Positions 26,001 through 37,600 of a stretch of 64,000 bases of DNA are shown piece by piece. The DNA lies in assembly GCA_000708835.1 (NCBI GenBank), contig DF237308.1, positions 1-64,000 on the forward strand, in the 5' to 3' direction. Both the position numbers and the translations under genes were made by a program. The notes beneath the pieces were generated by a model. The model was not told the DNA's origin and did not search any database. It was given only the letters and a program-made list of their open reading frames with translations. Numbering within the stretch: position 1 is the first letter of the stretch; each line of letters starts with the position of its first letter. This DNA comes from Klebsormidium nitens. Its lineage: Eukaryota; Plantae; Klebsormidiophyceae.

Positions 26001-26935
26001 TGGCTCGTGGACTAATTCCCGAGTCACGCCTATTCCCAAAAAACCATGACCACTTGCGTTTCAGACTTGGGACTGTCCTCGTTTTGTACCATCCTGAACA
26101 TCTCTGACCCAGTGTCCTGCACTTTATTGGTGTTCAGATAAGATTGGCATGACACCAGAAGAGGTGGTCGGCAAAATCCTGTCCACGCCAGACGTCGCCC
26201 AGGCGTTCCAGAACCCGAGAGTGCAGGCAGCAATCATGGATGTGAGTCCAGCCGATTTTCGCCTAGCCCAAAGGGCTTAACTCAGCGTATGATTCCAAAA
26301 GGATAGGAAGTGCGACGCTTTGAGGGAAGCAAGTTGAAGTACGCTCTTCGGTTTGCAATATGAGTCGATTGTTCATCTCTCCCTTCTGTATCCCTTCGAC
26401 GACGCATTTGTGAACGGACTGTGCAAGGCGTTCCGCTTCCAATCGTCGTTCGCACCTGGGAATCGAAATGCGTCGTCACCAGCTCGATCGGACAGATATA
26501 TGACTGTATCTTGATGTTCCATTCAGATTGTGGCCTGGCGACAAAGCTGACCTTATCTTCTGCTCACATCGCAGGTAACAGCGAACCCGATGAACATCAT
26601 AAAGTACCAGAACGACAAAGAGGTGAGGAGCAAGCTTCCGATCCTTCACCATGTCTAGGCACCGTCCCAGCTTGCTCTTGTTGTTCAAGTCGAGCTTCGG
26701 TTAGAACGAGTCGTGTTGTCGATCATACGAGTTCCCCTTTTGATCATGCTTGTATGGTGCGTCTCAGACTGCTTGTTGTTCCCACCCTGTGGTTCTCGGG
26801 GCATTGGCAGTTCGGTGTTATCCTCTGCGGGTTTACCCTTCGGTGGCCTGAGCGGCTTCAATCTCCGCTCCAAACCTTACGCAGGTCATGAACGTCTTCG
26901 ACAAGATTTCGACACTGTTTCCGGGTATGCCTTAA
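23001..26935 (+). CDS. TIC40: TIC40 chloroplast inner-envelope co-chaperone (transit peptide, TM, Pro-rich linker, STI1 domains), ~484 aa, 10 exons
   Basis: Exons 23001-23871, 24109-24200, 24575-24623, 24795-24873, 25123-25163, 25436-25481, 25748-25821, 26138-26241, 26575-26622, 26885-26935 (1455 nt). TM motif GSPLFWVGVGVAL; STI1 motifs LEKMMDDPMVQQMVYPHLPEEMRNPETFKWMM and AFQNPRVQAAIMD...NPMNIIKYQNDKEVMNVFDKISTLFPG. Confidence 0.93.
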
Positions 26936-28067
26936 GGAAGAGCGCACCAAGTCCAGCCAGCGATAGCTGCTTTAGTAGGGACGATCTTTGTCGTGCTCAT
27001 ATCTTGTCACGTGGGAACCTGGATTGTTTGATACCGGTACAGTAACTTGCGTCATAGATTCTAAATGGAAATAGTGGAAACAAGTGGCTGTGACTTGACA
27101 ACTTGTGGCATTGAGTATGGCAAACGTACATCATTGCCATTGCCATGGTTGTGTTGTTCTCTCCGCGCGTGTTACCAAGTTGGACATGTGAGTTTCACCC
27201 CTGGCATCATTGTCGTTGATGGATCTTCGTACCATGCGCAGATCCTCCAATTCTCTTTCACATGCACGCTTTCAAAGAGATCACCGTCAGAGTCGATTTC
27301 TTACTACCGTATTTGTAGCCATATCAAAGTATGAAGGGTAGTCTCGCAAGATTCTCAACTCGTCGGCACCCTATAGATCCGGGCCCCTTTCGGATGCATT
27401 TCGTGCGGTGCGCGCCTCATATTCGATGCAGCTGACCTTCGCAGTCTCATTCAGAGCAAACCATGATGGTAACTTCTAATTTATTAACGCCCTTAGCCGC
27501 CATGGCCATGGAGCACGGTCTCCGGCAGACCCGGAATAGTTTGTTGACTCTGCAGCTTGCTACGGCTGCAAGTCATGTCCAATGCAGAGACCTAAGAAGC
27601 AGACTCCTACGTCGGAAACGAACCACCTAACTCTACTCGTAACTTTCAAGTAAGTTAACTTGTATGCGGGTGCGCAACTGATTGATGGAACCCTATTATG
27701 AGATGTAAGGCTGAACTGCAATGTTTGAAGACTAGCTAGGCTCTTTGAGGTGATTCCCCCTAAGCTGTACTTTGACAATGAACCATTGTAAGTGCACAAT
27801 TTGAGCGGTTGTCCCAATGTCCAGCCCATGTCAGTCTATCGCAGTCGCCTTCGTCAGGAGTTCCACCAAACAGTGCACACCTGTACTTACATTGACTTTT
27901 GAGAGAAACATGATAGATAGCCGCATGTTCGAATTTGGACAATCACTAGCTACAGAAAGCTAGAGACGACCGTCGCCCGCATCCGATCGAGTGACATCGC
28001 ATGTCACAAGAAAACATTTAATAATAGCCTCGCTTCCGGCCATATTATTGTTGGAAATGTGTATTGG

Positions 28068-28837
28068 AGACGCACAAGCTACCTATGGTGGGTACCGGCC
28101 GAGTCGATTCCGACTCCGGCCGCCACAAAATCGATTTAGCGCGTATCGAATATCGTCAGTGTTACCGGCGGTTCGCGTCACGGCTACTCAGGTTTATGTT
28201 ACTCGGGCGGTACAAATACTCAGAGAATTTTGCCGGGCCGTAAGTAAGTGTGAGGAGATTCTTAAACAGTGTCAGGTTTTACACTTTGAGAGGAGCATCA
28301 AATTGGCACGCAAAGAAGAGCCATATGCAGGCTTATAAAAACCTCTGACAAGCAGAAAAAAATGTTGGGAGAGCGTCATGAAGGCTCCTTCGAAGCTCCA
28401 ACATCTTGTTATGTTGAGGACAAATCGGAAGAAGCACCATCGTGGCTGCAAATTGGCCGCCATTGCTTGCTTCTAAAAAGCGCCATTCCCTACACTCCCG
28501 TTTCCATCTTCTGCACTCTCCTTTCAAGTTAGGTACCGCGGTACTCTAGGGTGGTTCGAGTCGGAACTTCCGATCGAAACCATGATTTTCAAATTTCACG
28601 TACGGTCAGACTTGATCGGTACCGTACCGCCGGAAACTCCGGAAGTTTCTGACGATCGGAATGTCAGACAGATTCTAATTTATGAACTCGGACCGGATTC
28701 TCAAGTACCGGTCTGCACGGTCGTCAGTACCGCGTACAGTAATTGTCGCGACGCGACACACCGGTGATTCAAATTTGTGACCGGATCGTCGCGCGATCGA
28801 GACCGCCGATACCCACCATAGGTTGCTTGTGCGGTCT
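28068..28837. mobile_element. Putative non-autonomous DNA transposon (MITE-like), ~770 bp, imperfect TIRs
   Basis: 28071-28096 CGCACAAGCTACCTATGGTGGGTACC matches the reverse complement of 28808-28833 at 24/26 and extends to AGA/TCT with one indel. TTGG flanks both sides (28064-67, 28838-41). No transposase ORF. Confidence 0.6.
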
Positions 28838-28950
28838 TTGGGCAAGTCAACTCAAATGAGTGCCACAGCAACTCATGCAACTTGTCACTCCTCACACAGC
28901 TATAGAGCTACCGTATATGCCTTGGGCATCGTGTCAGAACACATGTGCAA

Positions 28951-29781
28951 GGGCGTCCGGAACTCCGAAAATTGGCCCTCGTGGGGGGGGGCCTGGAGGC
29001 CGGTGGGGTCAACATCTAGGGGCAATATTTACCCCTAGGTTAAATCGGGCATTCCAAGGAGGGGGGGGGGCTGGACGCCGGTTTTATCGGCAGAGAATCG
29101 GTTGGCAAGGGTTCCTGAGGGCGCGCGACGGGATCGCTTCTCGCCAAGCACCGACATGCAGCTGTACGCGTGTTCCGATCGACGATCTTCGACCGGGGCA
29201 CGTGAACCGAGCCATTGACAGTGGCGCACCCCTTTGACATCCATTGACCAAATCCAGTAAGGCTGACGGTTATCTTGAGGCTTCTCTTTTGGCTAGCAAG
29301 CCCCTGTGCAAATTTAGAAGGCTGAATTGCGCTGCCTTGGAAAGGCTGGGACATCTAAACAATTCCGTACCGAGAACCGCTTCGGTAACTGCATAAGGGA
29401 ACCGACCACCTTCACCGGCTGTCCTAGATTCCTATGCAGACCTCCCGGGGCTACCCCTTATTGTTCCCGGGCACGACCGGGTTGGGGTCAAACTCTTATG
29501 CATAAGAAGCCCTCGACAAGCTCCTTATTGAAAAGTGCTCTCTGAATATTAGATGGAAATCTGTTGCCCAAATTTTGTTACACTCTGTGCCGCTGAATTT
29601 CCTAGCTGAAATATTTGTCAGTGCGAATTCGTTGTCAGACTAAGCGAAAACATCAAGCCCTTATGAGCACAGCACTAGGTCAGATACTAACTCTATGGTG
29701 ACTTTATAAGTAAGATTATACCACGCTATTTCCGAAGCAGTACTCTCTGCCCGGGCGTGGTTTTCGGAGTTCCGGACGCCC
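28951..29781. mobile_element. Putative non-autonomous DNA transposon, 831 bp, perfect 21-bp TIRs
   Basis: GGGCGTCCGGAACTCCGAAAA (28951-28971) is the exact reverse complement of 29761-29781. Flanks TGCAA / CGCAA look like a 5-bp TSD with one C>T change. No coding capacity. Confidence 0.72.
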
Positions 29782-29952
29782 CCGCAAAAGTGTTTTGACA
29801 CGATGCCTTGCGAGCTCAAGTTTCAGACGGTACAGGTCATGGCACCGTACGCGACTCACAACCGTCAAGCTTGACTGATCGGACGGCCACGTGGCCAATC
29901 GGCCGCCGCGGGCGGCCGGCCGGCCGCGTTGAAGAGGACCGTCTCGGAACTC

Positions 29953-30143
29953 TGGCAACTCTAGCTTTCACTAACGACAGCTTTCACTAAGATAGGCACC
30001 CGGGGGATGGGTGGGGTTAGTTTGGGGGTTAGGGTGGGTACGGGTGCGGAGAGGGTCATTGTTTAGGTTAGGGTTTTTAGTTGAGGTGCCCGGGGCTCCT
30101 GTATCTTAGTGAAAGCTCCTGTTAGTGAAAGCTAGAGTTGCCA
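29953..30143. mobile_element. 191-bp foldback/MITE with ~42-bp TIRs and telomere-like G-rich core
   Basis: TGGCAACTCTAGCTTTCACTAAC(GAC/AGG)AGCTTTCACTAAGATA at 29953-29994 is inverted at 30102-30143. Each arm has two AGCTTTCACTAA subterminal repeats. The core has 7 G-tracts and GGGTTAG/TTTAGG-like motifs. No TSD seen. Confidence 0.72.
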
Positions 30144-31234
30144 ATATCGTCTCGGACTCGGTGTAAACGGGTGCTCTCTTAGTGCATATAAGAGGCCCTG
30201 TCTGCTACAATGGACGTGGGAGGGAGCTAGGTTGAGAGTTGATAAAAGTCTTGGAACTAAAGGTGTCCTCAAATCCGGAGTCAAGAAGTGAGGCCCACAA
30301 GTGGAGAAATCCACTTTATAGCTTTGATCCAAGCTTAGGGAGCTCAACGCGAGCTCAGTCTGTAAGTGCAGTCTAATATAATGAAGTGCTGCAGCTCATG
30401 GCAGCTCGGGAGGATGAGCTTAGGTAACCTAAGCTCATCTTGTAAGAACCAATGAGAATCGAGTATTTATTTAAGAAGATCAAGTTACCGTTAGGGGGGG
30501 AAACCTCCAGCTCATCGTATAATCAAGGGTTGAGCTTATCTGCGTATCTACGGCTATAATTGCCTAATAAAGATCCACGTGTTACAGTCGGAGCTCTGGC
30601 AACTTTGATGCGAGTAGAACTGTCCGTCTAATACATATTGGACGGCTACGATGCTTCTTAGCTGCCCGGCTTTCAGCTAGTGGCCGCGCGCGGCCGGGCC
30701 CTCGCCGGGCCGGGCAGCTCGAACCGACGGTCAAATCTGTCCGCAGACCAATTGTCTGCAGATATCCAACGGCATGAATTACCCATTAGCAAAGCTGGTT
30801 CCTTGCTCCATTTCAAGTCAATGAGCAGTTGGCCAGGGCCAATGACCGCCCAGTGTACTGTATCGGCGGATCTGTCGCCTTAGGTTTGTCGACGGTGTAG
30901 CTACTGAGTACTTCAGAGTACTGTAGCAATCAAAGAAACTTGATTCTCCAGCACCATCTATTAATAGCGCCGCCTCTCCTGACATCATACTTGTGGTCTC
31001 AGATTGTCGTCGCTTTCTCTTTCCTTCCTCAGGTGCTGATCAGCAAACAATCGAACTTCGGGACTCAGTTTTGGTGCTAGCTTTGCTAAGGGGCCGCAAT
31101 TGTGAAGGTGAAATTACCTGCCATATTGGAATACCTGAACGAAGCGGGAAGCTGCGCCAGCAACAAGGCCGAGCAAGCAGCCTGTGCATCAAGTGCTTCT
31201 GCTTTGTTTCTTTTTCCACTTCTGTGGCGGCAGG

Positions 31235-33520
31235 ATGATTCCCCCTTTACAGTCCCTTGTCAAGTATGACAATCCTGTGCAAGTGAGCACAGGAAAAGGC
31301 AAATCAAAGACCCTGAAAGGAGACAAAGGGACTCTGAAAGGTACTCTACCAAAGGTAAGCTTCTTCGTAACATTGAGATCCCAGATGCTCATGCTTAGGA
31401 AGAGATTATCATCACTTCTTGGAGCTGCGACTCGCGAAAGCGTCAGTGGTTGCTCCTTCCTGCCGTTGAGACTTGACCTCGGGAAGCACTATCAAGGGGT
31501 TTTCTTTACCCAACAGAGCTCCAACGCCCTTAGATTGATCATATAGGTCTTGGCTTGCAGGGCACAAAGATCCTTCCGCCAGTCGAGCAAAAGCCAGGTT
31601 TCACGCAGACAGAGGACATTTTGAACAGCATACTGCCGCCAAGGTAAGGTTAAGGCGTGTAAGAGCTGGAACCATTCAGCGGCATGCTTGGTCAGCAGTG
31701 CAATGCTGATGTTGAAGGTGGAACACTTGTTCCTTGCAACTGATTGAGTCAGGTACCTGGACGCGAACTTTCCGCAATGTTATTTTGACCATCTACATGG
31801 ACGAGCTGTGCGGTACAACCAGGACATAAGTGAGGTAAGAAAATACCGTGATAAGAAGGGAATGGCAGCTAAAGTAGCCAACTGTTCGAATTACGGACCT
31901 TTGTCTCTACTTTGGCACTTGCAGGGAGTGGACGGCGGAGGATAGCCAGCTCTGGGTGCAATATGTGTCCAGCACCCCAGCCACACGGTTAGATGTGATT
32001 AACCTTCAGGAGAGATTGGACCAGCAGCTGCAGCAGCGGCAAGCAAGGGAGACGGGGATCTGCCCTGTACGGGAGGAGCTGTACGCTCAGGTTGGGAGCA
32101 CAGCCCCTGGAAAAAGTGACGTGGCCCTTTTTCCGAAGGCTGCACTCTTGGTTTCAAACATGAGAGAGGGGTGGAAAGATAGAATCGGTTTGGGGGCAAG
32201 GACAAACAATTCATCTGCCTTGCATTCGACAATAGCTTGCCTGAGCCTGATCAGGCACTGTTGTCAGGCCAGAACTACCAACGTTTTCAGAACCTTTTCA
32301 GGCTCCCGGTGAATGGAAACATGTGAACCAGGTGATGCTTTGAACAGGACTTCTGCAGGGGGTCTCGGGCGTCTTGACGGTCTTCGTCTCTTATTGAAAC
32401 TTGATGTGGTGGCAAACTTTACCACCGCTGATGGCGCTCTTGTCGATTCATGCAGTGCTTTGACGAGCTCATCAGGCAGGTGACAGTCAACTGTGCCGAG
32501 CGCGGTCTCTTGCTTCTCAGGGTACGGGACGAGATGAGAATGGTAAGCCTCCACGTTCACAATGCAACGAACCACCTGTGGTTGCTGAAGCGTTTGCCAG
32601 TGTTACAGACCGTCTCGGACCCCGTCAACTTGCATTAATCCTACCTTCACAAGTTCTGACAAACTCGTTAGCATGCAATGCACTTCAAAAGCTGAAAAGC
32701 GTGCTTTTGAATCCCATCCGTAATACGTCCCTCTCTCTCTTATGTGGCAGACCATAGCCGCGTACCAAACTCTGTATGAGAGCAGCGTTGCCTTTGGCAT
32801 GCGAAAGGCCCTGCAGACGGAGGCCGGGAAGGCAGACATGGAGGTCCGCATTCAGCAGCTGGAAGGGGAGCACAAGGAGCTCGAGCGGCAGCTCCAGGAG
32901 TGGAAGGTAGGCGGAGCAGCGACAACGGCTTCTGTATGTTCACTCCGCTTTCGTGCCTCCTTCAACAAGACACGTCTGATCTTTGATGACATTCCGAACC
33001 CTCTCATTTACTAGTCACTCGAATGCGGTAAGTAGCTGACGTTTGAATAAAGCGCCATCTCCTAGATTTCTGAAGACGTCCAATGACTGGCCACCCGCGC
33101 TCACAGTAGACTTTGCTTGAAACGGATGGGGCAGGTCGCCTGTGAGCAATCATATGGGGGCTCCCGTGTCCCAGCTTAATTTTCACCGGGGTTGCTTTAG
33201 AAACGGACGAGGAACTTACTGCTAATGTGGACGGATCAACTCTCTTGCCTTTCGGGGCGCATGGTGTGTTAAGGGTATTCTTTCAGGTCATTTTTCTCCG
33301 GCCGACCCATACGAAAGGCCTTCCATTTAGTGGTCAAATTTTACCCTCATTTGTTTCTGCTTTGAACGTTCAGAACAAGGCGGAGGCTATCGAGAAGCGG
33401 GAAAGCGAACGGCGAGCTCTGGACGAAAAGAAGCACGCCGAGGAGGTAGCCTACCTGCAGCGATCGAACAAGCAGCTGAAGCAACAGCTGGAAACGTTTT
33501 TAGCGCCACCAAAGAAGTAA
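31235..33520 (+). CDS. DNALI1: Axonemal inner-arm dynein light intermediate chain p28 (IDA4/DNALI1), ~252 aa, 6 exons
   Basis: Exons 31235-31354, 31561-31643, 31925-32090, 32456-32542, 32751-32906, 33374-33520 (759 nt). Motifs MIPPLQSLVKYDNP, TEDILNSILPPREW, VSSTPATRLDVINLQERLD, RQARETGICPVREELYAQCFDELIRQVTVNCAERGLLLLRVRDE, YESSVAFGMRKAL. Confidence 0.96.
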
Positions 33521-34683
33521 GATGCTGCTAAGATGGGGAGATCTGACCGATTTGAATGGCAGATAGCTCTTGAGAAGAACACTAGTATCTCTGAAGAATT
33601 GGGAATGGGGAATCACAAGCGCAGTTCATTAAGGTGCACGGTGGATATAGTACGGGATGCAGACATCTTTGAGAGATAATGAAATTAGGAGTAGTTTTGT
33701 ATACAATTAATGGGAAGTTCTAAAGCTTTCAAGACGTCGAGGCTGATCAGACTGTTGGTGCAGAATATAGGGGGAATTTCCAAGCGAAGCGCTGCAAGTC
33801 AACATCCAACATGATTGCAACTCTGTGTACTTTTTGCAACGGCACAACAGAAGTTACCAGGTCAAGCATGTTGGCCTTAGTCCGTACGATTTCTCAGCAA
33901 ACCAGCTCTTCTGAACGTGTATGCCAATGATTCATTCAGCATTAGCAAGTTGCTGAATTCTTACCAAGCTCGGGAGACCCTTACTGAAGTGCTACCCTGT
34001 TGAATCTGCAAGAGCTTGTTCTGCAGCAGATTGACGGTCTGGTTCCTTGTGCCTGACGCGGTGCCGCCGCATGCTGAGTTGATCATCTCAGTTACTAGGT
34101 CAAAGCTTTTACCACATTGTGCCATCGTAGGCAATTGGTACGTTCCCTTTCTAGCTGTGCAATTCGGCCTATGCATAGTGTTCTTCGGCTCTCAAATACT
34201 CCGACCGGCCTCGAATTACGATTATATGATCCAAACCATGCACATGCACATAATTGTGGCGTGGTGGCCCGCTGCATGTGGATCTTCATGCTGAACCTGC
34301 GCAGTTCATCACATTGACTTTTTGTAGTCCGACGATTAAACATGCAAGATGCTCATGAAACGAACGTGCCGCCGCCATGATTGATTGGATCGAGGCTTGC
34401 CTGGGTGCTGGCACTTCCTTGCCTTCGAGATGCACCGGTATCGATCTATGCTGTGAGATATCCAAGCGCTATATCATTGCTTTTCTGTGAACAAGAACCC
34501 GCAAATACGGCTGCACACACTTCGTGTCCAGCAGCGTATAGATCAGCAGACTTATTCGAAAAGACCGTTCTTTCTGAGGTGACGAGCACAACTACTGCCA
34601 ATGAGCCCTGCTCTTTGAACTCTTAGAGGCGCCTAAAGCACACGGTCCTAGGCCGTACCCTCCTTTCAGAGGCCGTACCGACA

Positions 34684-37600
34684 TTAGGAAAAGTCGTCCA
34701 TCATGGACTGCGCTTCCTTGACCGCGTGCAGGCCCGGGCACGTTGCCCTGAACGCGGCGACGCAGCTGCCTAGGGATAGAGCGGTGTCTGAGGGCCGCTG
34801 GTCGCCGTCCATCTCTGCGGCCAGCTCGAACATCTGGTCCACCGTGGCCTCGTTCAGCCATGCCTGGAACCACAGAAGTTCACGGTTGACAGAAGGAAGG
34901 GGACTAACTAAGCTTTCAGATCTCAGATCTGCAAAAGTGCACGTCGTCCAACTTGTTTAGAAGCCCACAAAGGCGAGAAGGGCTGCAATATCGCAACCAG
35001 GCTTTCATCAGTGATACGGGCTCAGAAACTTCTGAGGCGTTTCAAAACGGTCCCGTTCGACTGAACCTCATCTTGTTCTGGACATCAAAGATTCGGCGGA
35101 CCCATGCAAATTCTTGGTAAAGCAGGAGAAAATATGTACTGTTTGCGTAAAGGAACTGTGACTCAGACAGCATTACCTTCTTTGCACAGCGGATACAGGG
35201 GGCGCATTCTCACCGGCACGTCGAGCTGCTTAATGGCTTGGTGAAAGCCCTCCCTGGTAACCCCCGGCGCGTCGCCCTCCTTGAACCGGTCCAGCACGGT
35301 GTGAACGAGCTCCTCGTCCTTCTCTTGCAGCTGCGAACTTTTGGTCACGAGAAAGCACAGCAGCCGATCCAGGGCCACAGGTGCCGCCACGTCACCGCTG
35401 ACGTCGCCCGCCGCCTGTTCCCCGTTCAGGGGGCTTGGATTGCGCGGTCCCCCCCTCTGCTGCATCCCCCCTACAGACCCGCTGCTGACCCGGGCAGGCT
35501 CCGCACGGTGCGGTGGCCGCCCATTCTGGCGGCTCCCCGCGCGCGAGTGAGCGCCCATGGGCGACGCGGCGCGCGTCGCGGCCGCGTTCAGCGACGAATC
35601 TTTCTTCGCACTGGGCGACGTCGCGGCTTCGGACCGGCCCGCGAAGGCGGCGTCGTCGCCCAAGGTCCCCGCGCGGTTCTGCTCGCGCATGTCCGCGAGG
35701 ACCGCCTCGATCTGCTCGCGCGGCCGGGTTTCCAGAACGCGCGCGACGACGGCTTCCACCTGGGCGGGGGTGAGGAGGACGGAGTCCCCGCGCTCTAGTT
35801 GGCTCCAGAATGCGGCCTGCCCGTTGAGGGACCACGCACACACTTCCAGGATCTGCAGCAGGGGCCGAGCAAGGGGCAGAATCAGATTGGATGCGCGGTG
35901 GCCCATCTCATGCTCTGACGGTTTCTCGCATCAGGCCTGCCGCCGAAGGCCCATGCTGCCTACATAGACCACTTGCAAGCGGGTCTACGTAGGCAGGTCT
36001 ATGTAGACATGGTCCGCTTGCTGCCTACATACACCACTTGCTTAAAGGTTCAGTGAGCAGCAGCAAACGAACAGCATGCCTTCCGCGTGATCCGATGCAT
36101 ACATGCGACCGCACAACCGGCCCCCCAACACTCCCTCAGCCGGGTCCCCACCTGCATGACCGAGTTGACGCCGTGCCCCGGAAGGTCGTCGTAGAGGCCG
36201 GTGAGGCGCGTGAAGAGGCCGGCCAGGTGGTCGGTTCGCCGCCGGTAGAAGGCGCGCAGGGAGGCGAGCATCTCCTGCAGCTTGGCCTGCGCCAGGCTGC
36301 GCAGCCCGAACATGTGCTTCAAGTGGCCCACCACCAAGTCGCTCAGCGGCGCGCGGCCGCGGCCCGCCTTGTCGTCCACCTGCACAGGTTTTACGCGGGG
36401 TTTGAGATGCGGCTTCTGCAGTGGTTTTAACTTGTGGCAGGAGTTTGTGGGGAGCGAGCCAAAAGGAGCGATAGTCGGGCTGTCATCAATGAAGGAGACG
36501 GCTGTAGGCTGACTACTCAATAGGCATCCGGGTTGCTTATCAAAATGGAACCTTTTGAGCTCTTCTGTAGCTCGTTTTCAACTGTGAGCTTTCGAGAAGA
36601 GTTTCGACTTCTGGCCCGGAAGGCCGCTTCGGTCGCTTCCATTGAAGCCTGCAAGCGGAGGTATAGCGTCTGTGTCGGATACATGTGCGAACAGAGCAGG
36701 GACAAAGCTTAGGGTTGATCGTCCCCTCTTTCAAGCTCTCGTTTTGAGAAAATAAGAGCAGTCAGCTCCGCGAGAAAATCTCACCGCATTCGCCGCCTGC
36801 TTTGCCCGGTAGATGCTCCCGATCAGCGCGCGCAGCTTCTTGGCCGGCATCACCCGGGCGTTGTTCACCAGGAACGTGCTCAGGTCTTTCCCCCGGCGCG
36901 CCCCCTTCAACACCAGCTCCGCTCGTCCACTCACCGTGGCAGCCTTCCCGCCCTCCGAAGCTCGCTGCTCTAGTTCCCGTGCGTCGAGCATCTCCGCGCG
37001 TTTCCCGTGCGGGCTCTCCGACCGCCTTCCGTGCTGGCTGCTTGCCCGGTGAACTGCCCCGGCCGCGCCGCCGTTTTTGGGGCTTTCTTCTTCCTTCTCC
37101 TCCTCACCCACACTCGCGCCGGGCGCCCCCTCTTCGATGAACCGCTCCCAGGCGGGGGGGATGTGCATCCGTTTGGAGAACTCAAGCGGCGCCAGCCCCT
37201 TCGCTTCCCGCCGCTCGTTCACCCTCTGCTTCCACTTGCCCCCCGACTGAAGCGCGCGCGTTGCCGGCATCAGCCCGTTCTCCCCTGTCACCTTCTCGTC
37301 GTCCGACTCCATTTCCAGGCGTGTCGCTTCGTCTTCTCCGTCTTCTTGCACGGACGTTCCTACCTCCCGGGAGCTCGGCCTGCGTTCCTGCGCCGGTCTC
37401 TGCCACCGTTTCCGCCCGGCGCGCTCCCACCGGGCACTGCCGGGGCCGGAGACGGTGACCCGGGCAGTCTGATCACCGAGTAAGACCGCCTCCGTCTGGC
37501 CCTCCAGGCGCAGTACGACTGAGAACTCCTGCTCCCCTTCTCCAAACTCGTCCTCCAGCAGCTGCACCCAGATCGACTGAGGGCCGACCGCGCCTTCCGG

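Noticed and set aside
28530-28570. GGTTCGAGTC resembling a tRNA T-loop / Pol III B-box
   Set aside because: No cloverleaf, acceptor stem or convincing A-box; lies inside the TIR element.
30002-30080. Possible true telomere or chromosome-fusion scar
   Set aside because: Repeats are few and degenerate and are enclosed by TIR arms; treated as part of the mini-element.
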